From Eledone cirrhosa (taxonomy: Eukaryota): a stretch of DNA of 64,000 nt. Shown piece after piece: positions 38,232-50,270 of this stretch. Positions within the stretch are counted from its first letter, which is position 1; the number at the start of each line of letters is the position of its first letter. The notes under the pieces are model-generated. The model was not told the DNA's origin. It ran no database searches and saw only the letters and a list, made by a program, of their open reading frames with translations. Location: positions 54,126,001-54,190,000 of the forward strand of contig OZ024747.1 in the NCBI GenBank assembly GCA_964016885.1, read 5' to 3'. The position numbers were made by a program, and so were the translations under genes.

Positions 38232-38748
38232 ATGGTATTGATGGTGGCTGCAATGGTGTTGCTGTTAGTGATGGTGTCTTTGTAGCTGTTGTTGTTGGTG
38301 GACATGTTTGTCCATAATGATATTTATAGTTGTACCACCACCACCACCACCACCACCACCACCACCACCAACAACAACAACATCAACAACAACAGCAACA
38401 ACAGCAACAACAGCAACAAAAATAACAACTACAACAACAATACCACTACCACTATCACCACCACCACCATCACCCCCACCACCACCACCAACAACAACAA
38501 CAGCTCCACCACTACAAATAACAAAACCACACATCATCAACAATAGTGACGAGAGAACATATAACTATGATTGATGACACCAACTTAAAATTAAATTATT
38601 CATTCATTAGATTTAGAATTATGTTTTTTAAAGAACCTTTAGCAAATAAAATTATCATTTTGATTATGTGTATAAATGTGTTTGTATACGCACATATATA
38701 TAATACATATTTATATATACGTGTGTGGAGAGTATGTATATGTACTCA

Positions 38749-38810
<62 letters not shown>

Positions 38811-39799
38811 GTGAGCGAGAGAAATAGATAGAGAGATAGAGGTATAGCGAGAGGGAGAGGAGGTGGAGATAGAGAGAAGGGAGTTTTGTCCTGCGCCAAT
38901 TTCACCAATGGAAATTTCCAAGGTAACCTTCCCGTCGAAAACCCTTTCCCTAGGGAAAAATCAATTGAGGTTCCTCCCTCCATATGGATATTTCTACCAA
39001 ATAGATAGTTCCCCCATCTCCAACCATCTATTCACGACTGTTAACTGCCCTAGTGATGTTAGGAGCATACTATGTCTAATTGACAGCACTGAATGCAACA
39101 GATGAACCGTTGATATCAGAACTAACTCACTACAAATTTGATCAAAATAGAGATAGATGGCCAAATGTGGAAATCAATCCTGTGTCCGGGATTAATCGCC
39201 CTTTTAGCACATCTCTTTTGCGAACCTTTAGGACAAAGTTTCTTTTGCCCCTCGAAATCCCACTTTTGCCCCTCGAAATCACGAAACGCCCCCCCCCCCC
39301 CCCCTATTTTTACATTTTTCAATATACTGCTGATTTTGATATCAGTAGATTACTGGGCCAAACCAAGTTATGTTAGTATCTTTAAAAAAATCTTTACAAA
39401 ATACTCGTACGAATTAAATACAAAAACGTTTCAATCCCGATCAAAAGCAAGCTATTTCAAATTATATATTTTTGAAAAATAGACGTGAATGTTCTCAAAG
39501 AGTTGATCTCAGTCGAAAAAGCTTTTTTTTTTTAAATTCTATATTTCACTGTTAGTTGTGGTAATATTTTCAGTGGATAGACAATTCTACAATTCAAACT
39601 GTGAAGTCAAAATACAAAAGATACAAAATATGAAGAATTTCTTACCTTTTTCTTGAATCACAAACTCAAGGGAAAAAAACTTCCTTGCAAAATAAAGGGC
39701 CTCGATCACAAACTTAGTTGCAACGAATGAATTGAGATGCTTATGGACAGTGAACAAACAATATCTGTATCCCTTATATATATACATAGGTAGATACGA

Positions 39800-39885
<86 letters not shown>

Positions 39886-39920
39886 ACACACACACACACA
39901 CACGCACACACGCACACACT

Positions 39921-39951
<31 letters not shown>

Positions 39952-40304
39952 ACGCACACGCACACACACACACACACAGACATCACGTACGCGCACATGA
40001 ACACACACACACACACACATTATTTTAATATATATATAAAATTATATATTCGTGTACAGATATTTTTGCATACACAATAAGAAAATATAAATAAACGTAT
40101 TTATTTCACGAGGCTCGACAGCAGCCAAAACAACAACAAAAAAGAGAGGGGACGCAATTACATGGTTTTGAAAAATTTAAATGGAAAATTATTTGCCTAT
40201 TCACCCAAGGCGACTTCACTTTTTATTAGGACTTCTGCATCAAATGGTGAACATATGACGAAACTGTTTCAGAAAGGAGGGATAAACATGCCAATCTATG
40301 TTTA

Positions 40305-40337
40305 GAATCCCGAGCAACGCCGGGCCATTCTGCTAAT
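40305..40337 (+). mobile_element. Helitron-like 3' terminus; upstream extent unclear
   Basis: CCCGAGCAACGCCGGG hairpin + CTGCTAAT, the same motif as 7824-7851. Confidence 0.5.
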
Positions 40338-40711
40338 ATATATGGTTCACCTCAACACTTGAATCTGTTGAAGGAACCCGTTCTGCCTTTGTCACCCTTA
40401 TTTCAGCCTTAAAGAATTAGCTTCTAAAGAATTTCCCTTTTCTTTAAACCATTGAACCCCACCCATCCTGTAGACACCTGTCTTACAGGCATTGTTAGTC
40501 TAAGTGATAAACAAGGATTGGTATTCCAATTTGGAATTTGTTTACAGTATTTTTTCTGCCTTTGTTAATATTATAGATTTAAAGAATTAGCTTTTAATGA
40601 ACTCTCTTTTCTTTAAATCCTTCAACCAATGACCTCCACCCATCCCAACCCCCACCCTTTCCTACCACCAGAAAAGGAAAGATATAAATACTACCACTTA
40701 TTTGGACAGCC

Positions 40712-40762
40712 AGCTTCCTGATGATTTCTCGAGAATGAAACAGTTCTAGTCCTGTAGAAGCT
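40712..40762 (+). ncRNA. Type I hammerhead ribozyme motif at the 3' end of element ~40342-40775
   Basis: AGCTTC-CTGATGA-T-TTC-TCGA-GAA-T-GAAA-CAG-(8 nt)-CTG-TA-GAAGCT. All three helices form; U.U at the base of helix II. Confidence 0.75.
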
Positions 40763-40770
40763 CTTCTATA

Positions 40771-40805
<35 letters not shown>

Positions 40806-40817
40806 TAGAAGGAGAGT

Positions 40818-40896
<79 letters not shown>

Positions 40897-40957
40897 TGAG
40901 AGAGAGTAAAAAATGTGTGTGTGTGTGTGTTTGGTACACGTCTATCTATTTATCTAT

Positions 40958-41940
40958 CTGGCACACTGAGTGTGCCCAGGCGCTCACCGCCCTCTGGCAG
41001 GCGGATCCGGTTATCAGTGGAGACTCCACCGCAACATTCTATAGAGGGCTGGTACGCAGCAGGTGCGACGACGCCCTCGGAGAAGCCCTAGACATGGAGG
41101 AGGACGAACTGGCCAGCCTGTTCGGTAGGACATTCAGCCCGGGACCTATGGACAACTTCCAGAAGTCCCTGGCCTGGCAGTGCTACCGAGGGGCTTTACC
41201 CGTTCGAGAAAGGCTCTACAGACACGGGCGCCCGGGTAGGGACCCCGCCAAAAAGATCTGTCCCAGATGCGTGTGCGACGAGGAAACCGTTGCACACGCA
41301 TTAGTACACTGCTCGGGCGTAGCCGATCTGTGGGGCTATGTCGAACAACTGCTGTCAAGGGTGGGACCGATCCGGTTGACCACCGAGTCTATTGTAATGA
41401 TCAAGCCGCCTCCCCCCTTCAAAGATGAAGCAGAGGCGGTGTTTCTGTGCGTAATAGCCATGGCGAAAGAGGTTGTATGGTGGACGCGTCTGAAAGGACT
41501 GAGGTCGGGTACCTTTCTCTCTGGCCAACAACTGGTCCGTTTCTTCCGATATCATTTCGGAAGAAGGATCAGGATGGAGAGAGAGGTGCTGCACCCCAGC
41601 CGTTTCTATGAAAGATGGGTGAAAGTGGCGAGAATGGCCCGTGTGAATGGGCCTTCACTCTACATCAGACTATAGGTGAGGAAGATGAAAGACCAAGGGA
41701 GCACCCCTTCTCTGTGCTCCTGAGGAGAAGGGTTGCACACTTTTTTCGGGGGTGTGTGCGACCCCCGAAGGTGCCTCCTCTCTATTGAGGATTTTGTTAA
41801 AAATTTTATTTTTTGTTATATCTTATTTTATTTTTATATTTTGTTATTGCCTTCTCCTTATTGAGGACGCCTTTTTGTGTAAACTCCCCCCTTTGTACTT
41901 GTCCCACTTTTGATGCCCTAGTGGCAAATAAAAGAAATAT
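40958..41940 (+). mobile_element. 5'-truncated, diverged copy of the Tx1-like LINE, again flanked by (ATCT)n
   Basis: Open frame WHTECAQAL...GPSLYIRL is homologous to the ORF2 end; 3' UTR ends GGCAAATAAAAGAAAT. ATCT repeats at 40941-40959 and 41941-41954. Confidence 0.95.
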
Positions 41941-42067
41941 ATCTATCTATCTATAAAAAAAAAAAATAAACAAAGATATCTATATCTCCAACGGGGGGCT
42001 CAAACTACTTTTCTATGGTCCGTGGTAGGACCAGTATTTCAGATTTCTTTATAACTGGTGAAAATAA

Positions 42068-42250
42068 GGCGGTGAGCTGGTGGAATCGTTAGCACATCTG
42101 GCGAAATGCTTAGCGGTACTTCTTCCGTTTTTACGTCCCGGGTTCAAATTCCGCCGATGTCAACTTTGTCTCTCATCCCTTTGGGCTTGATAAATTAAAT
42201 ACCAGTTATGAACTGTGATCGTTGTAATCGACGGGAGCCTAAACCCTAAA
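42068..42250 (+). mobile_element. tRNA-derived SINE (family A)
   Basis: GGCGGTGAGCTGGTGGAATCGTTAGC...GGTTCAAATTCC...GATAAATTAAATACCAG. Confidence 0.75.
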
Positions 42251-42369
42251 ATCATCACCCACCACCACGTATGACCAACTGTGCCCCTCCTCCAGGACGT
42301 AATGGCCCTTTTATGTCCTCGAGTTTGAGACATCTCTTCTACACACACACACATATATACACTTTACTT

Positions 42370-42620
42370 TTTTTCTGTCTCTGTACTACACCCATGCTGG
42401 AGCATGACCTTGGTAAGTTATGGGGACGTCAATAAACCAACAACCATTGGTGGGAAGGAAAACCACAAAGCAAAGACACACACAGACATATATACATATA
42501 TACGACGCGCTTCTTTTAGTTTCGATCTATCAAATCCACTCACAGGGCTTTGGTCGGCCCGGGCAGTGGGACTGAACCCGGAAACATGTAGTTGGGAAGC
42601 AAGATTCTTGTCACACTGCG

Positions 42621-42622
<2 letters not shown>
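42370..42622 (-). mobile_element. tRNA-derived SINE (second family, B)
   Basis: Minus-strand head TGTGACAAGAATCTTGCTTCCCAACTACATGTTTCCGGGTTCAGTCCCACTG with a B-box-like motif; related decayed heads near 8500-8600 and 43830-43915. Confidence 0.65.
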
Positions 42623-42673
<51 letters not shown>

Positions 42674-44186
42674 ATAATATATATATATATATATATAAAT
42701 CTACATACATACATATATGCATACATACATTTACCTATTTACCTATGTATATAGCTATGCATTTATACATTTGTATATATACATGCATTTATATTTAAGT
42801 GTGTATGGATGTTGACATGATTTATGTTTTTTTTTTGGTAAAGAGAGAATTTTGCCTCCAGATTTTATTACCTATGGAGTTTAAATACCACACTTCTGGC
42901 TGAAAGCTGACCAGGTTCTCAACCTCATAAAACGCCAATGCTGGCCTGTGTGTGTATATATGTGTGTGTATGTATGTATGTATGTATGTATGTATGTATG
43001 TATGCATGTGTGAGTATGATTGTATGTATATATATACACCCACATCTTTCATCACCATTGTTTCTTTTTGTTGTCGTTTCTGTTGTTCTTGTAGCTGTTG
43101 TAAAAGTTGACGTTGTCCTTATTTTCATTTTCTTTGATTTTTTTCGTCTTTCTTTTATCTCCCTAGGGAATTCGTTGACAACTTTCTTTTATTTATTTTC
43201 TTCGTTATCTTCATTCAAATGCATTCACACTGGCTTTCTCAGAGACGTACAAATATGGTTTATAAAACTTACCTAAGTGAATAGTCTTTCAGTGACTGCT
43301 AGCGCCCCCCCCCCAACCGTCAACCCCCCCCCCCCCCCCCACTGACGCCTCCGTTGTGAACCTTTGCTTTAGGATAATTCATTCCCTAATTTGTCTGAGA
43401 GGTCCACGAAACCATTCTAGAAATGGCGGCGAAATTTAGCATTTTATACATCTGAATAATATATTTCATTTAGACATGTGTCTTCTCAATTCTTCATCTT
43501 ATCGTATCCACAACAGCGTCAGATCCAAAACTTGGTTAGATGTGGTTCAGCCGCAGCTGAACGTATTGCTGTCATTTTTCATTAAACAATGCCAAGTCCA
43601 ATGCTGTACAGGTGTGTGCAAGCAGAGGGCGTATTAGGGGGTGCTGCGTAATTCTGTGGTTCGATGCCGCAAGTCACACACAACGTCCCCATCCTTTAAA
43701 TATCCCCATTTTACAAGATTGACTTTTGCACGTCTTCTCGGTAATAAACAAATAGCTAGATACATATAGGGGCCTGTTTATTACATTTAATATTATAGTC
43801 ACAGGGACCAATATGTCATCAACTTACGGACAAATGGAACAAGTGTCACACACTGGGATCGAACCCAGAATACAATGATTACGAGGTAAATTCCTTAACA
43901 ACACTGTCACCCCGCGTTTACTGTATCTACCTAACATTGATGTGTATAATTGAAATTTCACAACAAATATAAACTTAAAAAAGCAATATAGCAAACATAA
44001 AATTTAAATAAACAAACAGTTCATCATCAATATCATCATCAATATCATCATCATTATCTTCATAATTACCATCATCATTAGCATCATCATCCTCATTATC
44101 AATTTCAACAGCAGCAATATCACAATATCAATATTACGAGGACCAGCATAGCACCAGCACCGGCAACATCATCATCATCATCATCA

Positions 44187-44237
<51 letters not shown>

Positions 44238-44719
44238 CCATTATCATCATCGTCATCATCATCATCGTTATTATCATCATCATCATCGTCATGCACATCT
44301 CTATTATGAAGACCACCGCCATCAGTACCACCAGAACCATTACAGCCATCAACACCAATACCTACACCACCACTACCGCCAGCACCACCACCACCAGTAC
44401 CACCACAACCACCACTAAAATCACTACCACCACCACCACCACCACCACCACCACCACCACAATTTGTCAATTTAAAATCAATCTATTCATTTTAAAGAGA
44501 ATCTAATTGATTAGCAAACAAAACTTAAATATTCATTAATAATGAAAATCTTTCTTTTAAAATCGACAAAATAAAATATCAGAAAATAATCAAAATATTA
44601 AAAAAGTTTAGTATTTATAAACTCATTCATCACAAAGACAAACAACACAGGTAAATACACATAAACAAATAATTAAATAGGTGTTGATGTTCTTTGATAT
44701 ACATTGTTATATAACTCTA

Positions 44720-44935
44720 GGGCGGTGGATTGGCAATCCCAGTGGAGCGTCAGACACCCTACTCTGCAGCATAGAGTTGTTTCCCTTTATGTTCCTAGTA
44801 CAAATCCTGTCGAGGTTAGCTTTGCCTTTTATTTTTAAGGGATCGATAAAATAAAGCACCAGTAATGCACTGGAGACGATTTAATCGACTCCATTCCGCT
44901 TTAAATTGCTGGCCTTGTGCCTAAAGTAGAAACAG
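44720..44935 (+). mobile_element. tRNA-derived SINE (family A), diverged
   Basis: GGCGGTGGATTGGCA head; GATCGATAAAATAAAGCACCAG body; GGCCTTGTGCCTAAAGTAGAAA end. Confidence 0.7.
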
Positions 44936-45049
44936 TTATATGAAATATCAATCAACTAATAAATAAATAAGTAAATAAGTGTCGATGTTCTCTCTCTCTC
45001 TTTCAATCACTACCCCCGCCCGTCTCACTCTCTACATCTCTCACTATTA

Positions 45050-45260
45050 TAAGCAAATGGCGGCCCATGCACTGGTCACCCCCGGATAGAGTAGAGAAGG
45101 CGTTACCCCGAAGGATGGGGGATACGCGTTGGAATAGCCATTCCAGCTCGCGAGCCTCACACCTGTGGGTAGCCAACTCCGTGCCCATGCTGTTTGAAGA
45201 CCACACGTGAAATGTTTCTGTTCTCTCTGCACTCAGTACCGCCTACCGTCGGCAGCTATT
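45050..45260 (-). mobile_element. Fragment of an RLE-type (CRE/R2-like) non-LTR retrotransposon C-terminus
   Basis: Translation EARELEWLFQRVSPILRGNAFSTL resembles the 'LFQRLS...RGNA' motif that ends CRE-like ORFs. Confidence 0.55.
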
Positions 45261-45494
45261 AAGTACATAGTCAAACTTTGTTTTGTCATAACAGGTTTTG
45301 TGTGACAACTGTCAGTAGGGTTACAGATAAGGGAACAGCAAAACACTGGACGGTGTCAAAGCCTTTCTGTTCCAAAGCGTTAATTCTCTAATTTGGCATA
45401 TGAACTACAACGATACTTTCTGCCTGTTGTAGATTAGCTCAGTTCTTGCTGATATTATTGTTGTTATTGTAAGAGAGAGAGAGAGAGAGAGAGT

Positions 45495-45525
<31 letters not shown>

Positions 45526-46288
45526 TGAGAGTGAGAGAGAGAGAGAGATGTAGAGAGAGAGAGAGAATCACTGTAGTCTGTTCTAGTATTATCTTTGTTC
45601 TTACTCTTATGAATATTGTTATTGTGATAGAGAGCTCAATACAATATCTTGTGGTATTAGCTGTATTTACTCTAGGCAATGTTGTTATTGTTGATATTGT
45701 AAGGAATATATCATTACAGTGTTAGCTGTGTTCTTGGTGTGGGTATCGTTGACGTTATTGAGTCGGTGGGGTGAACCCGATGGGAGGGCAAAAACTGTGA
45801 ACGGTATAAAACTGTATGTGTCCCAAGGTGGTAAATATTTAATTTGTAATGGGCACCAGCATCCAGGAGGGTCCGGATTTGATGAGTGGAAAAAGGGGCA
45901 ATTGTCTTTAAGGCCCCTGCAGTGGAGGACCCCACAATCTACAGCCGTAGCAATTTATTTGTACACTCAGTTGGGCTTTTTAGTTTTATGGTGGTTAGAA
46001 TTTTCGAATTTAATACCTGTATTACAATTACTTGCACCACGCTAGCTTTGATATGTAAAATGGGTGCTGTGTATACGAACTTTTTTTCTTTTGATGTGTA
46101 TAAAGGACCCCCCAAACCTGAAATGCTCCGGATCCCCCAAGGTCCAAATCCAAACCACCACGCTTGTGAAATTGACATCTCTACGATAGGTTTAGCTTTG
46201 AAGCTATAACGGGGGATATGTCAAGCGTTGTATCTAATTTCAACGCTGAGACCAGAGGGACACAACCAATAGTACAAAACATTTAATC

Positions 46289-46560
46289 GTGGACTTAAAT
46301 AAACCTGCTAATTCACCGTTCTGTGGGCTTACATAAACCTGCTAATTCACCGTTCTGTGGGCTTAAATAAACCTGCTAATTCACCGTTCTGTGGGCTTAC
46401 ATAAACCTGCTAATTCACCGTTCGGTGGGCTTACATAAACCTGCTAATTCACTGTTCGGTGGGCTTACATAAACCTGCTAATTCACCGTTCTGTGGGCTT
46501 AAATAAACCTGCTAATTCACCGTTCGGTGGGCTTACATAAACCTGCTAATTCACCGTTCT
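46289..46560. repeat. 34-bp minisatellite (GGGCTTACATAAACCTGCTAATTCACCGTTCTGT) x8
   Basis: Unit read directly; no spacers. Confidence 0.95.
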
Positions 46561-46950
46561 CTTGCAGAAAACGATGCAAGTCACATATATTAATGGTCAT
46601 ATCAGGCAGGATTTATTAAATATAAGCAATAAAACTTTGGGTTCATGTGATATTGATTTTTGAACAAAATCCAATCAGTTTTATATTGAAAGAAAATTCA
46701 ACTGAAATATTAAGGATCAAATAAAACATCTTTAAACTTCTGTACGGTATTTCTAATGGTGTAAGGAACATAACGAATTTGCTTACACAAAATTATAATG
46801 GAAGGGTTTTTTAAAAGTAAATATAAACATTTAATGTCTTTTGATCTAATAACAAACAGTACATATGATTTTCAAATAATTTTGAACATATTCAATATTT
46901 TGAGCTATTTAGTAAAATGACAAAGTTTCCCGCTATCAAGATGGCGATTA

Positions 46951-47150
46951 GGGCGGAAGATTAACCGAATCAAATAGCATTGAAAGAATGGTTTGTGGTA
47001 TTTATTCCAGTTCTTTACATTCTGATTTCAAATCATAATGGGGTCAGCTTTGCTTTTCATTCCTCTGGCGTCGATAAAGAAATTACCAGTCAGTATCGGG
47101 GTTGATTAAAATCGATTCTTCTCTTCCCTCAAATGACAGACCTAGCCCTA
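46951..47150 (+). mobile_element. tRNA-derived SINE (family A), old copy
   Basis: CTTTGCTTTTCATTCCTCTGGCGTCGATAAAGAAATTACCAG body. Confidence 0.55.
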
Positions 47151-47357
47151 ACTCTGACTATTATTAAGCTGGTGATTGGAACATAACTTAACATTTCTTA
47201 CATAATATGATGATTGGCCGTTTTTATATAAATACAAATACTTCACACTAAACGGCTTAAAGTCGTAGAAGTTTAAATAGTTTTTGTAGTTGTTGGTTTT
47301 GTTGCAGTTGTTACTCTTGTCGATGGTGGTGTTTTTACACTTGTTATCTTAGATATT

Positions 47358-47845
47358 TTGTTGTTGTTGCTGTTATTGTTGTTGCTGAAGTTGTTGGTGT
47401 TGTTCTTGTTGGTGTTGCTGTTGTTGGTATTGCTGTTCTGGTTTCTTCTGCTGTTGCTGTTGTTGGTGTTTCTGTTGTTGGTGTTGCTGTTGTTGGTGTT
47501 GTTGTTGTTGTTGGTGGTGTTGTTGGTGTTGTTGGTGTTGGTGTTGGTGTTGTTGTTGTTGGGGCTGCTGAGGTTGCTGCTGTTGTTGTTGATGCTGTTG
47601 TTGGTGTTGCTGTTGTTGATGCTGTTGTTGGTGGTGTTGCTGTTGCTGATGCTGCTTTTGTTGATGCTGACGTTGTTGATGCTGCTGTTATTGATGCTGT
47701 TAATTCTGCTCTTGTTGTTGATGTTGTTGCTGCGATTGTTGTTATTGTTGTTGGTGGTGGTGGTTGGTGGTGGTGGTGGTGGTACTGTAGATGTTGTTGA
47801 ATCGTTGTTATTGTTGTTATTGTTGTTATTGTTGTTATTGTTGTT
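47358..47845. repeat. Degenerate (GTT/GCT/GGT)n tract
   Basis: Seen directly. Confidence 0.9.
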
Positions 47846-47925
47846 TCTGGCTTATTGTCATGTTTTAAGAATTCCATCGTCAGTTATAGCTGACATTTTA
47901 ACATCCTACCCTACACCTCCTTAGA

Positions 47926-50135
47926 AGGTAGGTAGGTAGGTAGTTGGGTTGGGAATAGGTAGGTAGGTAGGTAGGTAGTTGGGTTGGGAATAGGTAGGTA
48001 GTTAGGTAGTTAGGTCGGTAGGTAGGTAGTTATGTAGGTAGGTAGGTAGGTAGGTAGGTAGGTAGGTAGTTATGTAGGTAGGTAGGTAGGTAGCTAGGTA
48101 GTTAGGTAGATAAGTAGGTAGGTAGTAGGTAGGTAGATAGGTAGGCAGGTAGTTGGGTAGGGAATAGGTAGGTAGTTAGGCAGGTAGGTATGTAGGTAGG
48201 TAGGTAGTTAGTTAGGTAGATAGGTAGGTAGGTAGGTAGGTAGGTAGGTAGTTAGTTAGGTAGATAGGTAGGTAGGTAGGTAGGTAGGTAGGTAGGTAGG
48301 AACGGTAGGCTGGTAGGTAGGTAGAAAAGGTAGGTAGGAAAGGTAGGTAGATAGAGAGGTAGGTAGGGAGGTAGGTAGTTGGGTTGGGAATAGGTAGGTA
48401 GGTAGGTAGTTAGGTAGGTAGGTAGGTAGGTTGGGAATAGGTAGGTAGTTAGGTAGGTAGGTAGTTAGGTAGGTAGGTTGATAGGTAGGAACGGTAGGTA
48501 GGTAGGTAGGTAGGAAAGGTAGGTAGGTAGAGAGGTAGGTAGGTAGGAGAGGTAGGTAGGGAGGTAGGTAGTTGGGTTGGGAATAGGTAGGTAGGTAGGT
48601 AGGTAGGTAGGTTGGGAATAGGTAGGTAGGTAGTTAGGTAGGTAGGTAGGTAGGCAGGTAGGTAGGTAGGTAGTTAGGTAGGTAGGTAGGTAGGTAGGTA
48701 GGTAGGTAGTAGGTAGGTAGGTAGGAACGGTAGGCTGGTAGATAGGTAGAAAAGGTAGGTAGGTAGTTAGGTAGGTAGGTAGTTAGGCAGGTAGGTAGAT
48801 TGATAGGTAGGAACGGTAGGCTGGTAGAGAGGTAGGTAGGTAGGTAGGAAAGGTAGGTAGATAGAGAGGTAGGTAGGGAGGTAGGTAGTTGGGTTGGGAA
48901 TAGGTAGGTAGGTAGGTAGTTAGGTAGGTAGGTAGGTAGGTTGGGAATAGGTAGGTAGTTAGGTAGGTAGGTAGTTAGGTTGATAGGTAGGAACGGTAGG
49001 TAGGTAGGTAGGTAGTTAGGTAGGTAGGTAGGTTGGTAGGTAGGTAGGTAGGTAGATAGGTAGGTAGGAACGGTAGGCTGGTAGATAGGTAGAAAAGGTA
49101 GGTAAGTAGGTAGGTAGGTAGGTAGGTAGGTAGGTAGGTAGGTAGGTAGTGAGGTAGGTAGATAGGTAGGTAGGTAGGTAGGTAGGTAGGTAGGTAGTTA
49201 GGTAGGTAGGTAGGTAGGTAGGTAGGTAGGTAGGTAGGTAGGTAGTGAGGTAGGTAGGTAGGTAGGTAGGTAGGTAGGTAGGTAGTTAGGTAGGTAGGTA
49301 GGTAGGTAGTTAGGTAGGTAGTTAGGTAGGTAGGTAGGTAGGTAGGTAGGTAGGTAGGTAGGTAGGTAGGTAGGTAGGTAGGTAGGTAGGTAGGTAGGTA
49401 GTTAGGTAGGTAGGTAGGTAGGTAGTTAGGTAGGTAGTTAGGTAGGTAGGTAGGTAGGTAGGTAGATAGGCAGGTAGGTAGGTAGGTAGGTAGATTGATA
49501 GGTAGGAACGGTAGGCTGGTAGATAGGTAGAAAAGGTAGGTAGGTAGTTAGGTAGGTAGGTAGGTAGGAAAGGTAGGTAGGTAGAGAGGTAGGTAGGAAA
49601 GGTAGGTAGAGAGGTAGTAGGTATGAAAGGTAAGTAGGTAGAGAGGTAGGTAGGAAAGGTAAGTAGGTAGGTAGGTAGGTAGGAAAGGTAAGTAGGTAGA
49701 GAGGTAGGTAGGTAGGTAGGTAGGTAGAGAGGTAGGTAGGTAGGTAGGTAGGAAAGGTAGGTAGGTAGAGAGGTAGGTAGGAAAGGTAAGTAGGTAGGTA
49801 GGTAGGTAGGTAGGTAGGTAGGTAGGTAGAGAGGTAGGTAGGTAGGTAGGTAGGTAGGAAAGGTAGGTAGGTAGGAAAGGTAAGTAGGTTGAGAGGTAGG
49901 TAGGTAGGTAGGTAGGTAGAGAGGTAGGTAGGTAGGTAGGTAGGTAGGAAAGGTAGGTAGGTAGAGAGGTAGTAGGTATGAAAGGTAAGTAGGTAGGTAG
50001 GTAGGTAGGAAAGGTAAGTAGGTAGAGAGGTAGGTAGGAAAGGTAAGTAGGTAGAGAGGTAGGTACGTAGGTAGGTAGGTAGAGAGGTAGGTAGGTAGGT
50101 AGGTAGGAAAGGTAGGTAGGTAGAGAGGTAGGGAG
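47926..50135. repeat. (GGTA)n tetranucleotide array with recurrent variant blocks
   Basis: About 2.2 kb of GGTA with GAAA, GAGA, GTTA and GAACGG interruptions. Confidence 0.95.
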
Positions 50136-50270
50136 GTGAAAATATTGGTATTTATCGGATGAAGATTAAAGAAATGATGCCATAGAGAATGAACGTTATC
50201 TGGAGGATTTGTTACCGTCCTTGTTGATGTTGTTGATGTTGTTATTATGGAAAAGAAATCACTGGGTTTC

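Noticed and set aside
46289-46560. 34-bp repeat of CRISPR-repeat length
   Set aside because: No spacers; a simple minisatellite.
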